A DNA stretch of 64,000 bases from Octopus sinensis (Eukaryota): contig NC_043006.1 of the NCBI RefSeq assembly GCF_006345805.1, forward strand, positions 1,860,001 to 1,924,000, given 5' to 3'. Each line of letters opens with the position of its first letter. Position 1 is the first letter of the stretch. Positions 1 through 12,180 of this stretch are shown here, one piece after another. The notes beneath the pieces are model-generated. The model was not told the DNA's origin and did no database searches. It saw only the letters and a program-made list of their open reading frames with translations. The translations under genes were made by a program, and so were the position numbers.

Positions 1-77
1 CAGCCATAAAAATCTTGCCTCAATTTTACTTCAAGTTTGTTTTTGATTTTGTTGACTACACAGTATAGTAGGGTCAC

Positions 78-510
78 TTGGGCACCATCTGTGGGAAAAA
101 CAGCACCATGATGCAATTCACTCTGTCAGAAATTCGGAAACAACATGCTGTACTGCTTGGCATTGATGCTGGAAGCTCCAATGCGAACATTTCAGAGTGT
201 TTGGGTGTCAATCTGAGGACAGTACAAAGGATTCGGAAAGAGTTGGAGGAGTCTAATGGTGATTATGAATGTACGGCAGCTTGGAAAACTCACTCTGATC
301 ATTCTGATAAGAAAAGAACTGAATTTGTTGGTGAGATCTAGGCCATGATTGACAATAATCCCTCCAAGTCAATGAGGTCCATAGCCAGGGACATGGGAGT
401 GTCTGAGTTTCTTATCAGGCAGGTAGTGCATGAAGGCATTCGGTATTCCTCATACAGGATGAGAAAGGGCTAATTTTTATCCCAACCCACCAAGGACAAG
501 AGGGAAGACC
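78..510 (+). mobile_element. Tc1/mariner-superfamily transposase N-terminal (HTH) fragment, inactivated
   Basis: ORF 78..341 (ISECLGVNLRTVQRIRKELEES) continues past a TAG as AMIDNNPSKSMRSIARDMGVSEFLIRQVVHEGIRYSSYRMRKG, a bipartite HTH pattern. It breaks off into a (TA)n tract near 530. Confidence 0.65.
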
Positions 511-1108
511 ACACTACAAAAGGTTTTGAACATATATAAACATATATATATGTGTGTGTGTATTTATGTATGTATATAGCATACAAGATAGACATTAATT
601 GAAAGACAGGCATTAAATGAAAAAAAAAACCCCAAAGAAATACTAAAATATCAACCAGATTGTCAGATGTTATACATTGCTGATCCCAATGTGCTCCTAA
701 TTCTTTCTTAATTACACCATTCTTTTCCATCTTGACCTAAATCGTTTAACTAAATTGTCATCCTATCATTTTAGGAACCTTCTGATCAAACTTCTTACCA
801 CACAGCAACACCTGGATAGAAATATATAAAGATTTAGCATGTTTGATAAAGTTAGAGGCAGAGGTTCCCTTTGTAAAAGTTTAGAAATTGATATGTTTAA
901 AAATATTCAATAAGCTGTTTTCTGAATCATGAAAAAACTTTATTAACCACTTCTACATAATGCTGTTATTGTGTTGTTCAGAAATTGAATAAACCCATAA
1001 TAAAGGAATTGAAATTCACATGACATAATTGAAACATTTTATTGTGATGAGTTGTTGTCGCAAAATATAACAGTTCTTTTTTTCTGTATTGTAATTTGTG
1101 AACATGAG

Positions 1109-1142
<34 letters not shown>

Positions 1143-1534
1143 TATGTTTGCATGGGTTGGATGGTTTGACACCATCGTCATTGTCATTTAACACCTGGTC
1201 TCCATGCTGGCATGGGTTGCATGGTTTGACATCGCGCTGGCTAGCTGTCCAGACTCCAACTGTCTGTTGTGACATAGCTTCTACACCTGGATGCCCTTCC
1301 TAATGCCAACCACTTAAGAGAGTGTGCTGAGTGCTTTTTACATGTCACTGGCATGGGTGTGTTTACGCAGCACTGGCATGGATGCGTTAACGCAGCATCT
1401 GCATGGGTGCAGTTAACGCAGCACTGGCACCAGCTCCTGAAGGGACAAGCCTGTATGTGTAGAAGACGGCGATATTACTTAGCTTAATGTATCTTACCAA
1501 GTACAGCAAATTGCCACTTCTCCCAGTCCCTCCA

Positions 1535-1750
1535 TCATCATCATCATCGTTTAATGTCCGCTTTCCATGCTAGCATGGGTTGGACGGTTCGACTGGGGTC
1601 TGGGAAGCCAGGAGGCTGCACCAGGCCCAGTCTGATCTGGCAGTGTTTCTACAGCTTGATGACCTTCCTAACGCCAACCACTCCGTGAGTGTAGTGGGTG
1701 CTTTTTACGTGCCAGCAGCACGGGGAACAGTCGAGGCGGCGCTGGCAATA
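1535..1750 (-). mobile_element. 5'-truncated RTE LINE 3' end with (GAT)n tail
   Basis: Reverse complement of the 3' UTR of the long RTE copy at 5720-5900 (catcatcatcgtttaatgtccgctttccatgctagcatgggttgg...). Confidence 0.8.
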
Positions 1751-2255
1751 TCATTCTAAAATATTCTAAAAAATAACAGTTACCTCATCCAGACCTCAAA
1801 GCTACAAAATAATGAATGATTAATTTGAAACAGTGTGAACAAATAAGCAATACTTGAGACAGAATAATGTGAATGGTTAGTGAGGAGCATAGGGTCAGTT
1901 TCTCTGACATAGATATTCCTCCCAAGTGGACTGGAGTAATGTGGAATGAAGTATTTTGCTCAAGAACGCAACATATTACCCGGTCCAAGAATCAAAACCA
2001 CAATCTTACAGTCATGAATCCAACAGCCTAATCACTAAGCCATGCCCCTCCACCATAAAGGGGGACATTAGTCAATTGCACAAAAGTATCTTGTATGTTT
2101 CTTTGCTGATTCTGTTCTGCCCTCTCCTGGAATGTGTGGCAATATTGATTCCACAGAATGGCAGAAGGCCTCATGTTAAAAAGAAGGGGTGTATATAGCT
2201 CATTGAATTGACTTCAGTAAATGAAGCATGAAATTCTAAGTTGATTTTGGTTTAA

Positions 2256-2464
2256 CCCTTTAGTATTTAAACCGGCCAAAATAGCTAATCTGTTTTATGT
2301 TCAAACTGACCAGATCCAGACTCTCACACCTACCCCACAATGTTATTCTACATTAAGTAATTACACCATCAAGATCTTGAAGATATGAGATAATGCATGA
2401 TTAATTCAAATCAATGGGAATCAATAGGCATTATGTTTGATAGAATAATCTGAACACTAAAGGG
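2256..2464. mobile_element. piggyBac-type MITE (~210 bp)
   Basis: TTAA|CCCTTTAG ... CTAAAGGG|TTAA termini. Related copies near 9325-9548, 13145-13366, 15050-15237, 16290-16500, 39995-40202 and 57370-57543, plus one split by the RTE (3190-3298 / 5901-5966). Confidence 0.7.
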
Positions 2465-3298
2465 TTAAGTTTTGAAATTCAGAATACAAGGAAATAGGAA
2501 TGAATAGACGTAGAGAAACAAGATGAGAAATACAAGTACCAGTGAAGGACTGGAGTGAGGGTGATTTACTAACTGCCCCCCCCCCTCTCTCTCTCTCACT
2601 CACACACACACACACACACACACACATTACTGACCTTGTAACTATGAAAGGAACAATTGTTTTATTGAGCAGCAAAATTAGTTCCCTTACATTCTGAGTT
2701 CAAATCCAGCCAGAGTCAACTAAGTTTTTTTCAGTGTTCCGGGATCAATAAAGCAAGTACTAGCCAAGCGCTAGTCTGATTACACTGACCGTTTTCCCCT
2801 ATTTTATTTTATCGGAGACATCAGATCAAAAGGCCATAATAGATCTCTGTGCTGTTTGTCTGTGCACACTTTAGGGACAATTTAGGGAAACCGATTCTAG
2901 CAATGTATGTTGTAAGTTGAAGAGTGGGATTCAAGTTTGTCTTCCTTCCTTCCTTCCAACGCTGATAAAATAAGTATCATCTAAGTACTGGAGTTGATAA
3001 AGTGAGGAGGACCAGTCAAGCACTGCAGTTTGTATAATTATTTGTTCCCTCCCCCCTAACCCAAGTTTCTGACTCTGTACAGTTGTTATGCACAAGGCCA
3101 AAGATGTAAATGCAGGTGGAGCAGTGGTTAATCATTGTAAAGTCATGGTTTCAATTCCCATGCTAGGCAGCCTGTATGTTCTTAAACTTTCAGCCCAGAT
3201 ATTCTACTGTTTTAGGTCTTAACTACCAGATTCAGCTTCTCACTCGTAGCCTACAATTTCTTTCTAAAAATAGACAATCACATCTTTGAAATCTCAAA

Positions 3299-5901
3299 GA
3301 CAGGTTTTTTAGCCAGAGGGGAAGCGGATAAGAAAAAATTTGCCAATGTTCTGCGCCATGAGAATAAAAGACTTGAGGTATTTCGTGTTGCAAGACAGTG
3401 TGTGAGAGAGAATCGTGATGTGGTAGGAGAGAAATGTGTTCGCATGGATGATGGTTTACTTGCGCTGAATGAGGATGCAAAGAGAGAGATTTGGAGATGC
3501 CACTATGAAAGGTTGCTGAATAAAGACAATGAATGGGAGAAACAGAGTCTGCCAAATGTTGACCCAACAGAGGGACCAGCTATCCGAGTTGACAGTTCCT
3601 TGCTAGATAAGGCAATTAGAAGCATGAAGACAGAGAAAGCCCCAGGCCCATTAGGAATTACTGCAGAGATGCTCAAAATATCTGGCAGTGTCGGCTATAA
3701 CCTAGTCACCCGTATAGTTAATCAGGTGATACACAAAGGGGTCATACCCAATGACTGGTGTAGCAGCATAATAGTCAACTGCTACAAAGTAAAGGTGATG
3801 CTTTAGATACAAATAATTACAGAGGTATCAAGCTGTTGGATCAGGTAATGAAGGTTACGGAAAGGGTCATAGCCCAACTGATTAGGGAGAGAGTCAACCT
3901 GGACGAGATGCAGTTTGGTTTTGTGCCAGGGAAAAGCACCACCGATGTCATATTTCTGGTGAGACAGCTGCAGGAGAAATACCTAGCCAAAGATAAACCT
4001 CTGTACCTGGCTTTCGTTGACTTGGAGAAAGCCTTTGACAGGGTTGCCCGATCCCTTATCTGGTGGTCAATGAGGAAACTAGGGATAGATGAATGGTTAG
4101 TGAGAGCTGTGCGAGCCATGTACAGGGACGCTGTTAGTAAGGTGAGGGTTGGCAACGAGTACAGTGAAGAATTCCAGGTAGAGGTTGGGGTCCACCAAGG
4201 CTCAATCCTCAGCCCCCTCCTATTTATCATAGTCCTCCAGGCAATTACGGAGGAATTCAAGACAGGATGCTCCTGGGAGCTCCTCTACACTGACAACCTT
4301 GCTCTAATTGCTGAGTCATTATCAGAACTGGAGGAGAAGTTTCAAGTGTGGAAACAAGGATTAGAATTGAAGGGCCTTAGAATCAACCTAGCTAAAACCA
4401 AAGTCCTAATATGTAGGAAAGCAGGCAAACCACAAATCCCTTCAGGTAGATGGCCCTGCTCAATCTGTAGTAGAGGCATCGGTAGAAACTCTATAACATG
4501 TACCCAGTGTAAGCTATGGACACATAAGAGATGCAGTAATATCAAAGGAAGGCTAACTAGGAAGATAATTTTTGTATGTGGCAGATGCTCGGGAACAATA
4601 AACACTGAAAATGCGCAGAGACCAACTTCCACCACATTCCAGGGAGAAAAACTAGAAGTAGTTGATAACTTCCGTTACCTATGTGACCAAGTCAGTAGCG
4701 GGGGAGGGTGTGCTGAAAGTGTAGCTGCTAGAATAAGAATAACCTTGGCAAAGTTCAGAGAGCTCTTACCCTGCTGGCGACAAAGGGCTTCTCGCTCAGA
4801 GGAAAGGTAGACTGTATGATGCATGTGTACGAACAGCCATGCTACATGGCAGTGAAACATGGGCTGTGACTGCTGAGGACATGCGCAAGCTCGCAAGGAA
4901 TGAAGCCAGTATGATCCAATGGATGTGTAATGTCAGTGTGCATACTCAACAGAGTGTAAGTACCTTGAGAGAAATGTTGGACCTAAGAAGCATCAGATGT
5001 GGTGTGCAAGAGAGATGACTGCGCTGGTATAGCCATGTGGTGAGAATGGAGGATGATGGCTGTGTGAAAAAGTGCCACACCCTAGCGTTTGAGGGAACCT
5101 GTGGAAGAGGTAGATCCAGGAAGACCTGGGATGAAGTGGTGAAGCACAACCTTCGAACATTAGGCCTCACTAAGGAAATGACTAGTGACCGAGACCTTTG
5201 GAAATATGCTGTGCTTGAGAAGACCTGGCAAGCCAAGTTAGACCATAACCTGTGGCCTATGCCAGGAGCGTAACCAGCCCACTTATGTGTACCTTTTCCT
5301 TCCTTGGACACTAAACTCTGCTTGTGAAGACCTGTTGAAGCAAGTGAAATCAAAATTAAAATCACATTTGATGACTGGCATCCATACTAGCGGGGTGTAA
5401 AGAGCACCATACGAGTGTGATCGTTGAAAGAGCGGCTAACCGGCTTCCATGCCAGTGGCACATAAAAGGCACCATTCGAGTGTGATTGTTACCAGCATCA
5501 CCTTACTGGCACTTATGCCCTGTGCTAGTAGGGTGCCAAGTGTACCATCCGAGCATGATCGTTGCCAGAGCAGCCTACTGGCTTCCATGCTGATGGCATG
5601 TAAAAAGGCACCATTCGAGCGTGATCGTTACCAACGTCGCCTTACTGGCACCTGTGCTGGTGGCATTTGTAAAGAGATTCGAGCGAGGTCGTTGCCAGTA
5701 CCGCCTGATTGGCCCCCATGCCGGTGGCACGTAAAAAGCACCCACTACACTCTTGGAGTGGTTGGCGTTAGGAAGGGTATCAAGCTGTAGAAACTCTGCC
5801 AGATCAGATAGGAGCCTGGTGCAGCCATCTGGTTCGCCAGCCCCCAGTCAAAATCATCCAACCCATGCTAGCATGGAAAGCGGACGTTAAACAACGACGA
5901 T
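3299..5901 (+). mobile_element. 5'-truncated RTE-clade LINE (ORF2 RT region plus long 3' UTR), decayed
   Basis: ORFs 3402..3806, 3836..4810 and 5037..5273 show RT motifs KAPGPLGI, QFGFVPGKSTTD, FVDLEKAFDRV, GVHQGSILSPLLF and LLYTDNL (decayed YADD). The C-terminus GRGRSRKTWDEVVKH is RTE-like. Frameshifts and stops are present, with a short GAT/GAC tail at ~5895-5901. Confidence 0.9.
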
Positions 5902-7418
5902 TCAAAACAATGTGAAAAAAAATAAGAATTACATTTGATTGAGTAATCTGAATGCTAAAAGGTTAAGCAAAGCACTTTGCCTTCCTCCAAGCTACTCAGG
6001 GGAACAACAAAAGTACAATAATACTCCTCCTGTTCAGTAGGGAGTATTTTCCTTTTGGTCACTTTTAACCCTGGAAACTGGGATAAACTCTAGATTAATC
6101 AGCCTCGTGACACAACTGAGAAGAAGCCTTTGTCAGAAACAATAATTTCTTCATACATATAAATTATTCAACCTTGTCCCCACATTTATTGTATAATGCC
6201 TTTCATCTCTCCCTTTGTTTGTCCATAACTGGTTTCTCCTACTTTACAGTTTTAGAAGACTCCCCCCCTCAAGTTTTTAGCATTTCACATTTTCTACGCA
6301 TGAATGTATCGTATATAATTGCTCTCAGTGGTTAAATAAAGGAAGGATTGTTGTTGTTGTTGTTGTTGACGTCGCCATCGTTCTCATTGTTTGTTTATTT
6401 GTATGCCTATAGAAACTAATTCCGACAATCTAGTGTATTGTAAATTAGAATTTATGCGCATGCGCACATCATGTGACCAGGGGAAACAGATTGTGTAATC
6501 ACTTTGTTTTCTTTTACGTTTGATATGTGGTGACATTGTCAGAGGCAGATATAATAACATCTGGTGGGGGGGGGTTGAATATCGTGACACCTTAGGTGAT
6601 AGGATGGGTCTAGGGATACTTGGGGTTTGTTATGTTAAACTTCTCTAAAACATCATTTAGGAAATAAAGACACACCGATACAAACACGCACGTGTGTACT
6701 TAAAACCTGGTATATTAGTGTATACAGGTGAGATTGAATAAACCACACTGTGTGTGTGTATGCTTGGCTTCCATACAGTTTTAACCTACCAATTTCACTT
6801 ACGAGGCGTCAGTTGGTCCAACCTGGCAGAAGACAATTGCCCAAACTGCTGCACTGGGAGATACAACAGAAAATCAGAGGTCAACAAAGCAAACTCTATC
6901 CCTGTGCCTGTGCCAGTGGCACGTAAAAGGCACCAACCAATTGTGGACGTCGCCAGCCTCGCCTGGCACCTGTGCCGATGGCATGTAAAAAGCACCCACT
7001 ACACTCACTTAGTCGAACCGTCCAACCCATGCTAGCATGGAGAACGGACGTTAAACAATGATGATGATATATATAAACTCAAGTATTGGGCCTCACAGAG
7101 GCAATGACCTAGACTTTTGGCATTATGTCGTGCTTCAGAAGATCCATCAAGCAGAGCTAAATTACAGTTGTGGCAGATACTGGTGTCATGCAAAATGGCA
7201 CGTAAAAGCACCCCAGTGTCACACAAATGGCACCCCTGCCAGTGGCATGTAACAGCACCCATTACACTCTTGGAGTGGTTGGCATTAGGAGGGCATCTAG
7301 CCATAGAAAACCATACCAAATCAGACTGGAATCTGGTACAGCGTGCCAGCATCGCAGCCCAGTCAAACCATCCAACCCATGCTAGCATGGACAACAGATG
7401 TTAAATGATGACGATGAT

Positions 7419-7449
<31 letters not shown>

Positions 7450-7478
7450 TCTCTCTCTCTCTTTATTTTCTCATGTTC

Positions 7479-7514
7479 CTTTCTGTTGAAGAGCATAGGC
7501 TTGAAACGTAAAAG
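7479..7514 (+). ncRNA. Minimal type I hammerhead ribozyme-like motif (core variant CUGUUGA) in ~160-200-nt repeat (~7450-7612)
   Basis: CTTT-CTGTTGA-A-GAGC-atag-GCTT-GAAA-CGT-A-AAAG: stem I CTTT/AAAG, stem II GAGC/GCTT, palindromic helix III ACGT, GUA cleavage triplet. Confidence 0.65.
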
Positions 7515-7695
7515 ACTTTCTCACCTTCTTGAGTGTTAAACTAATACACCTGTTTGTTGTTTACACACCTGTCTTCGTCTTGTTTTTTTTGTAAATTTCA
7601 ACTATATATATACACTATTTACATTTGACGCATATTTGTCCTCATCTTGTTTGTTGTTAACACGTTTCGGCTGATGTACCTTCCACCCTTCATCA

Positions 7696-8465
7696 GGTGT
7701 CTTGGGGTATTAATTACATGCACCAAGTATGGATTCAGGACATCTGTATACTGCAAGCTGACTTTCACTGGACAATACCTCAACTTCAATTCCCACCATC
7801 CATACAGTGTAAAGGGAAGGATTGCTCAGTGCCTAAAACATCGAGCCTAAAACATAAGTAGTGGTCGTGATACCCACCACGAAGAAATCATCAAGCTCAG
7901 TAAGAGTCTGTTAAGCAACTACTACCCCCAAAACATACTCTCCACTCCAGTTATGAAGAAAAGAGAGGATGAGGCCAATGAACTGTCCACAGTCTGTCTA
8001 CCCTATGTGAAAGGCCTCTCAGAAAAAATACAAAAGATATTTGGCCCATATGACATTAGGACAGTATTCAAGAGTAATACAGCACTTTGCAAATCTCTCC
8101 TTCAAGTAAAACCACCAATAGAAGAGAATATGACCAAAGACTGCGTGTACTCCATCCCGTGCAGCTGTGGTAGGTTATACAAAGGTGAAACATGCTACCC
8201 CCTCAAAATAGGGGTAGAGGAACATTGCAAAGCTATGACATGAGGAGATATTGATAAATTGGGTATAGCTGATCATATGTGGTAAAATGGAGACCACCTT
8301 CCCCTGTGGGATGAAGTTAAAATAATAGACAGAGAACACCACTGGAAAATACGAAAACTAAAAGAAGCAGCACATATGCTAGGACACAACAACCTCCTTA
8401 GCAGACCGAGTGCAGATATGAGTAGCATATGGGAACCGGTGTTAAGGGTGGATAGGAAAATATTA
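7696..8465 (+). mobile_element. Penelope-like element fragment: RT thumb plus GIY-YIG endonuclease, decayed
   Basis: FRTSVYCKLTFTGQYLNFNSHHP (PLE RT thumb), LPYVKGLSEKIQKIF, CVYSIPCSCGRLYKGET (GIY-YIG), EEH, IADH and LKEAAH. Internal stops are present. Confidence 0.85.
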
Positions 8466-10301
8466 GATTTATAAACCCTAAAATTCACTCCATAATTATA
8501 TAAACATGTGTAGCCATGGGAATATAAGCCTGCTTGGAAACAAGCGAGGATCAGCCACTGGAAGGGCATCCAGCCATAGAAAATCTATAAGTATATACGC
8601 ATTCAGGGGGTCACAAGTTCATATGAACATCTGGACATGTACGCATGCAGTTATGCATCATCATCATCATCATCATCGTTTAACGTCCGCTTTCCATGCT
8701 AGCATGGGTTGGACGAGTTTGACTGAGGGCTGGCGAACCAGATGGCTGCACCAGGCTCCAGTTTTGATCTGGCAGAGTTTCTACAGCTGGATGCCCTTCC
8801 TAATGCCAACGACTCCGAGAGTGTAGTGGGTGCTTTTTATGTGCCATTCGCATATACATAAACACATACCCATGTGCATACATAGACATGCACATCATCA
8901 TCATCATCATCCTTTAACTTCCACTTTCAATGTTGGTATGGGTTGGACAGTTTGACAGGATCCAGCAAGCGGCAAGGCCATACTCTTAGCCTTGGTTTCT
9001 ACAATTAGATGCTCATCCTCACACCCAGTCACTTTACACAGTGTAATGCTTGTTTTTTTGTTTTTTTCATGCCATCGGCACTAAGTGAAATTACCAAGTT
9101 ACTTGCAAGGCAGAAAAAGAACAGAATGAGGGAAAGAGAAAAACTGCCACTACTAAATGAAGAATTATTTGTGGAGAAAAGGTGGCTTTATGCCAGGTGT
9201 TAACTAAAGTAAGAGAGGGAGAGAGAGTTGACAAGCTTATGTCTTGCTCTTTTGGGAGATACATGACTACTTCGTATTATATATAGAAGGTGGGTGGTAG
9301 TTCTTGAAAAAGAGGTTAACCATTTAACATTCAAATTTCTCTGTCAAATGTGATGCTTATTTATTCACATTGCTTTGAATTAATCACATGTTATCTTGTT
9401 GCGTCAAGATTTCAATGGTGCGTTTGTATATCTTTAGGATGACATTGTTGGGTAGGTGTGAGGGGCTGGATCTTTTCGGGGGGTTTTAGCAATGAAGCAG
9501 GTGGAATATTTTGGCTGGATGTGACTGGATTAAATGCTGAGGGCTTAAAGGAAGGTAGTGATGGAGAAAACTGGCAAGCCACAAGGTGAACATAAGATGC
9601 AGACGGTGGGTGGGTCGTCAGACGATGCGAGAAGAAAGTATAGAAATAAACCCTGGGTACATACCTGCATACACCCCTCCCCCTACACACTCACACATAA
9701 TTATATACACCCAAACACATACACTGAGAGACAGTGCGACAGCTTGCCGCTAATATTTGCCATAGTTCTGTTAATGAGGTTGACACTAGACACCGTCTGC
9801 TGACATTGAAAACCAGCTTGTTTAGCTGCAAATGTATTTCTCTTCAAGATCCCAGCAATACGAGGTAGCTATGTTTCTTTGAAATAGCAGCCAAATCTCA
9901 CTCAAATTAAGCTTGAGTGGTCACAGCTGGAACGCTTTTGTTCTTACAAATGTAGAAAAAAAAATCTGTGAATCCATAACAGTATGGGCACAGCTGGAAA
10001 ATACTATAAAAAAGACTCTACTTCCATAGTAAAACCAGATGGTCATGGTTGGAACAGTTTCTTTTATCTTCTACTGGTTTCACTCATTGAACCACAGCCA
10101 TACTGGGGCACTGCCTTGAAGGGTTTACTCTAATAAATTGACCCCAGTACTTATTTTCTTTTAAGCCTGGTACCTATTCTATCAGTCTCTTTTGCTGAAC
10201 CGTTAAGTTTTAGGAGAGTTTACAAAAAAAACAAAAGACGAAGACAGGTGCTGTAGAAAACAAACAGATGTATTAGTATCACGCTCAGGAATAGAAAAAG
10301 T

Positions 10302-10337
10302 CTTTTACGTTTCGAACCTACGCTCTTCTACAGAAAG
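10302..10337 (-). ncRNA. Minimal type I hammerhead ribozyme-like motif (core variant CUGUAGA) in ~200-nt repeat (~10212-10412)
   Basis: Minus strand reads CTTT-CTGTAGA-A-GAGC-gtag-GTTC-GAAA-CGT-A-AAAG. The host repeat is inserted into a SINE A copy. Confidence 0.65.
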
Positions 10338-10868
10338 GAACACAGAGAAATCTAGGAGAGAAACAAGGAGAGAAAAAAAATGTGTGTAGTGGCTAACGAT
10401 CTATCATGGTGACTCATTAATTTATAGGGAAGTAAACAAACCAGCACTTGTCATGTGGAGGGATGAGGACAGAGACTCACACGGAACAGGCTTCCACACA
10501 GTTTCTGTCTCCCAAATGCTATAGTAGAAAACACTTGCCTATAGTACCACGCAGTGGGACTGAACCTGAAACCATGTGGTTGCAAAGCAAGGTACTTAAT
10601 CACACAGCCACATGAGAAAAAAAATCTGCGAATCCATAAAAATAGATGAGATGGTCACAGTTGGAAAATTTAAGCAAAAACACACGAATTCATTAAACAA
10701 TTTTCGAAATGTTCATAGTTAGAATGCTTGTTGATGTGAAGGACAGAATTTTCATATTTTTAGCCCATGAACAAAAGAAAGAAGTTTTGTGTTGGGCCAT
10801 CCCAGTATGATGAATTGTAAGTGGATTTGGTAGATGGAAACTGAAAGAAGCCTGTCATATATATATAT

Positions 10869-11093
10869 TTCTTTACTACCCACAAGGGGCTAAACACAGG
10901 GAGGACAAACAAGGACAGACATAGGTATTAAGTCGATTACATCGACCCCAGTTCGTAACTGGTACTTATTTAATCAACCCCGAAAGGATGAAAGGCAAAG
11001 TCGACCTCAGCGGAATTTGAACTCAGAACGTAACGGCAGACGAAATGCGGCTACGCATTTTGCCCGGTGTGCTAACGTTTCTGCCAGCTCGCC
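10869..11093 (-). mobile_element. tRNA-derived SINE family B, young copy nested in a SINE A
   Basis: Head ggcgagctggcagaaacgttagcac with B-box GAGTTCAAATTCC and central gtcgactttgcctttcatcctttcggg. The approximate duplication gcctgtc(r)tatatatat flanks both sides. Confidence 0.8.
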
Positions 11094-11739
11094 TGTCGTT
11101 ATATATATGTATGTGTGTGTGTGTGTGTATGCTTGTGTGTCTGTTTGTCCCCCCCCCACACCCACCATCGCTTGACAACCGTTGCTTCCCCGTAACTTAG
11201 CGGCTCGGCAAAAGAGACCGATAGAATAAGTACTAGGCTTGCAAAGAATAAGTCCTGGGGTCGATTTGTTCAGCTAAAGGCTACTCCAGCTTGGCCGCAA
11301 TCAAATGACTGAAGCCATAAAAGAATATATATTTTTTTTTTGCCAGTCAGCTGACAAAAAAAAAATTTTTAATCTTTTTTTAGTCGATTGATATTTTATT
11401 TTATTTAGATTTTTAAGTAGCATGACATGCTTTAGTATTTTCAGTCGATTGTATATTCCCTTTTGATAGGCCGTTCTATATATCTGTATTTTTATTCCTG
11501 TATATATTTTTACCTTCTGTGTTTTTTTATATGTATATACTTTAGAACCATGCTAATATTTATATACGATCAAATGTTTGGAGGTATGGTGTTGTATAAA
11601 AAGTCAGTGACTTGAATTTGATGTTTGTTCTATGATCAATGTTTCTTTATCTCCGTCTCAATTACATTTGGCACTTCTTTTGCGCAGTCTTGTAAACCCT
11701 TTTGTTTCCATAAAAAGTGGCAAAAATTATTTCTTGTCA

Positions 11740-11746
11740 TATATAC

Positions 11747-11783
<37 letters not shown>

Positions 11784-11784
11784 C

Positions 11785-11845
<61 letters not shown>

Positions 11846-11853
11846 CTATATAT

Positions 11854-11919
<66 letters not shown>

Positions 11920-12065
11920 AGAAATAGATATATATATTTAGAGAAAGAGAGAGTAAAAATAAATAAGTAAATGAGTGAAAATCAAACCGGTGAATGTGTT
12001 AATTGATAAGGTATTAAAACAGAATGACTTTTCCCAGACATAATAATATATACATACATACATAT

Positions 12066-12102
<37 letters not shown>

Positions 12103-12180
12103 GTTAATAAAATAGAACATATGCATATATATAAACATATATGTACGTACCTACCTCTACATGTACATATACACGCATAT
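11740..12180. repeat. Compound (TA)n/(GA)n/(TACA)n microsatellite block
   Basis: Directly visible. It generates the spurious IY/ER ORFs in the track. Confidence 0.95.

Noticed and set aside
905-960. FLNHEKTLL resembling the expected upstream SMC6 exon
   Set aside because: It is bounded by in-frame stops with no suitable donor site.
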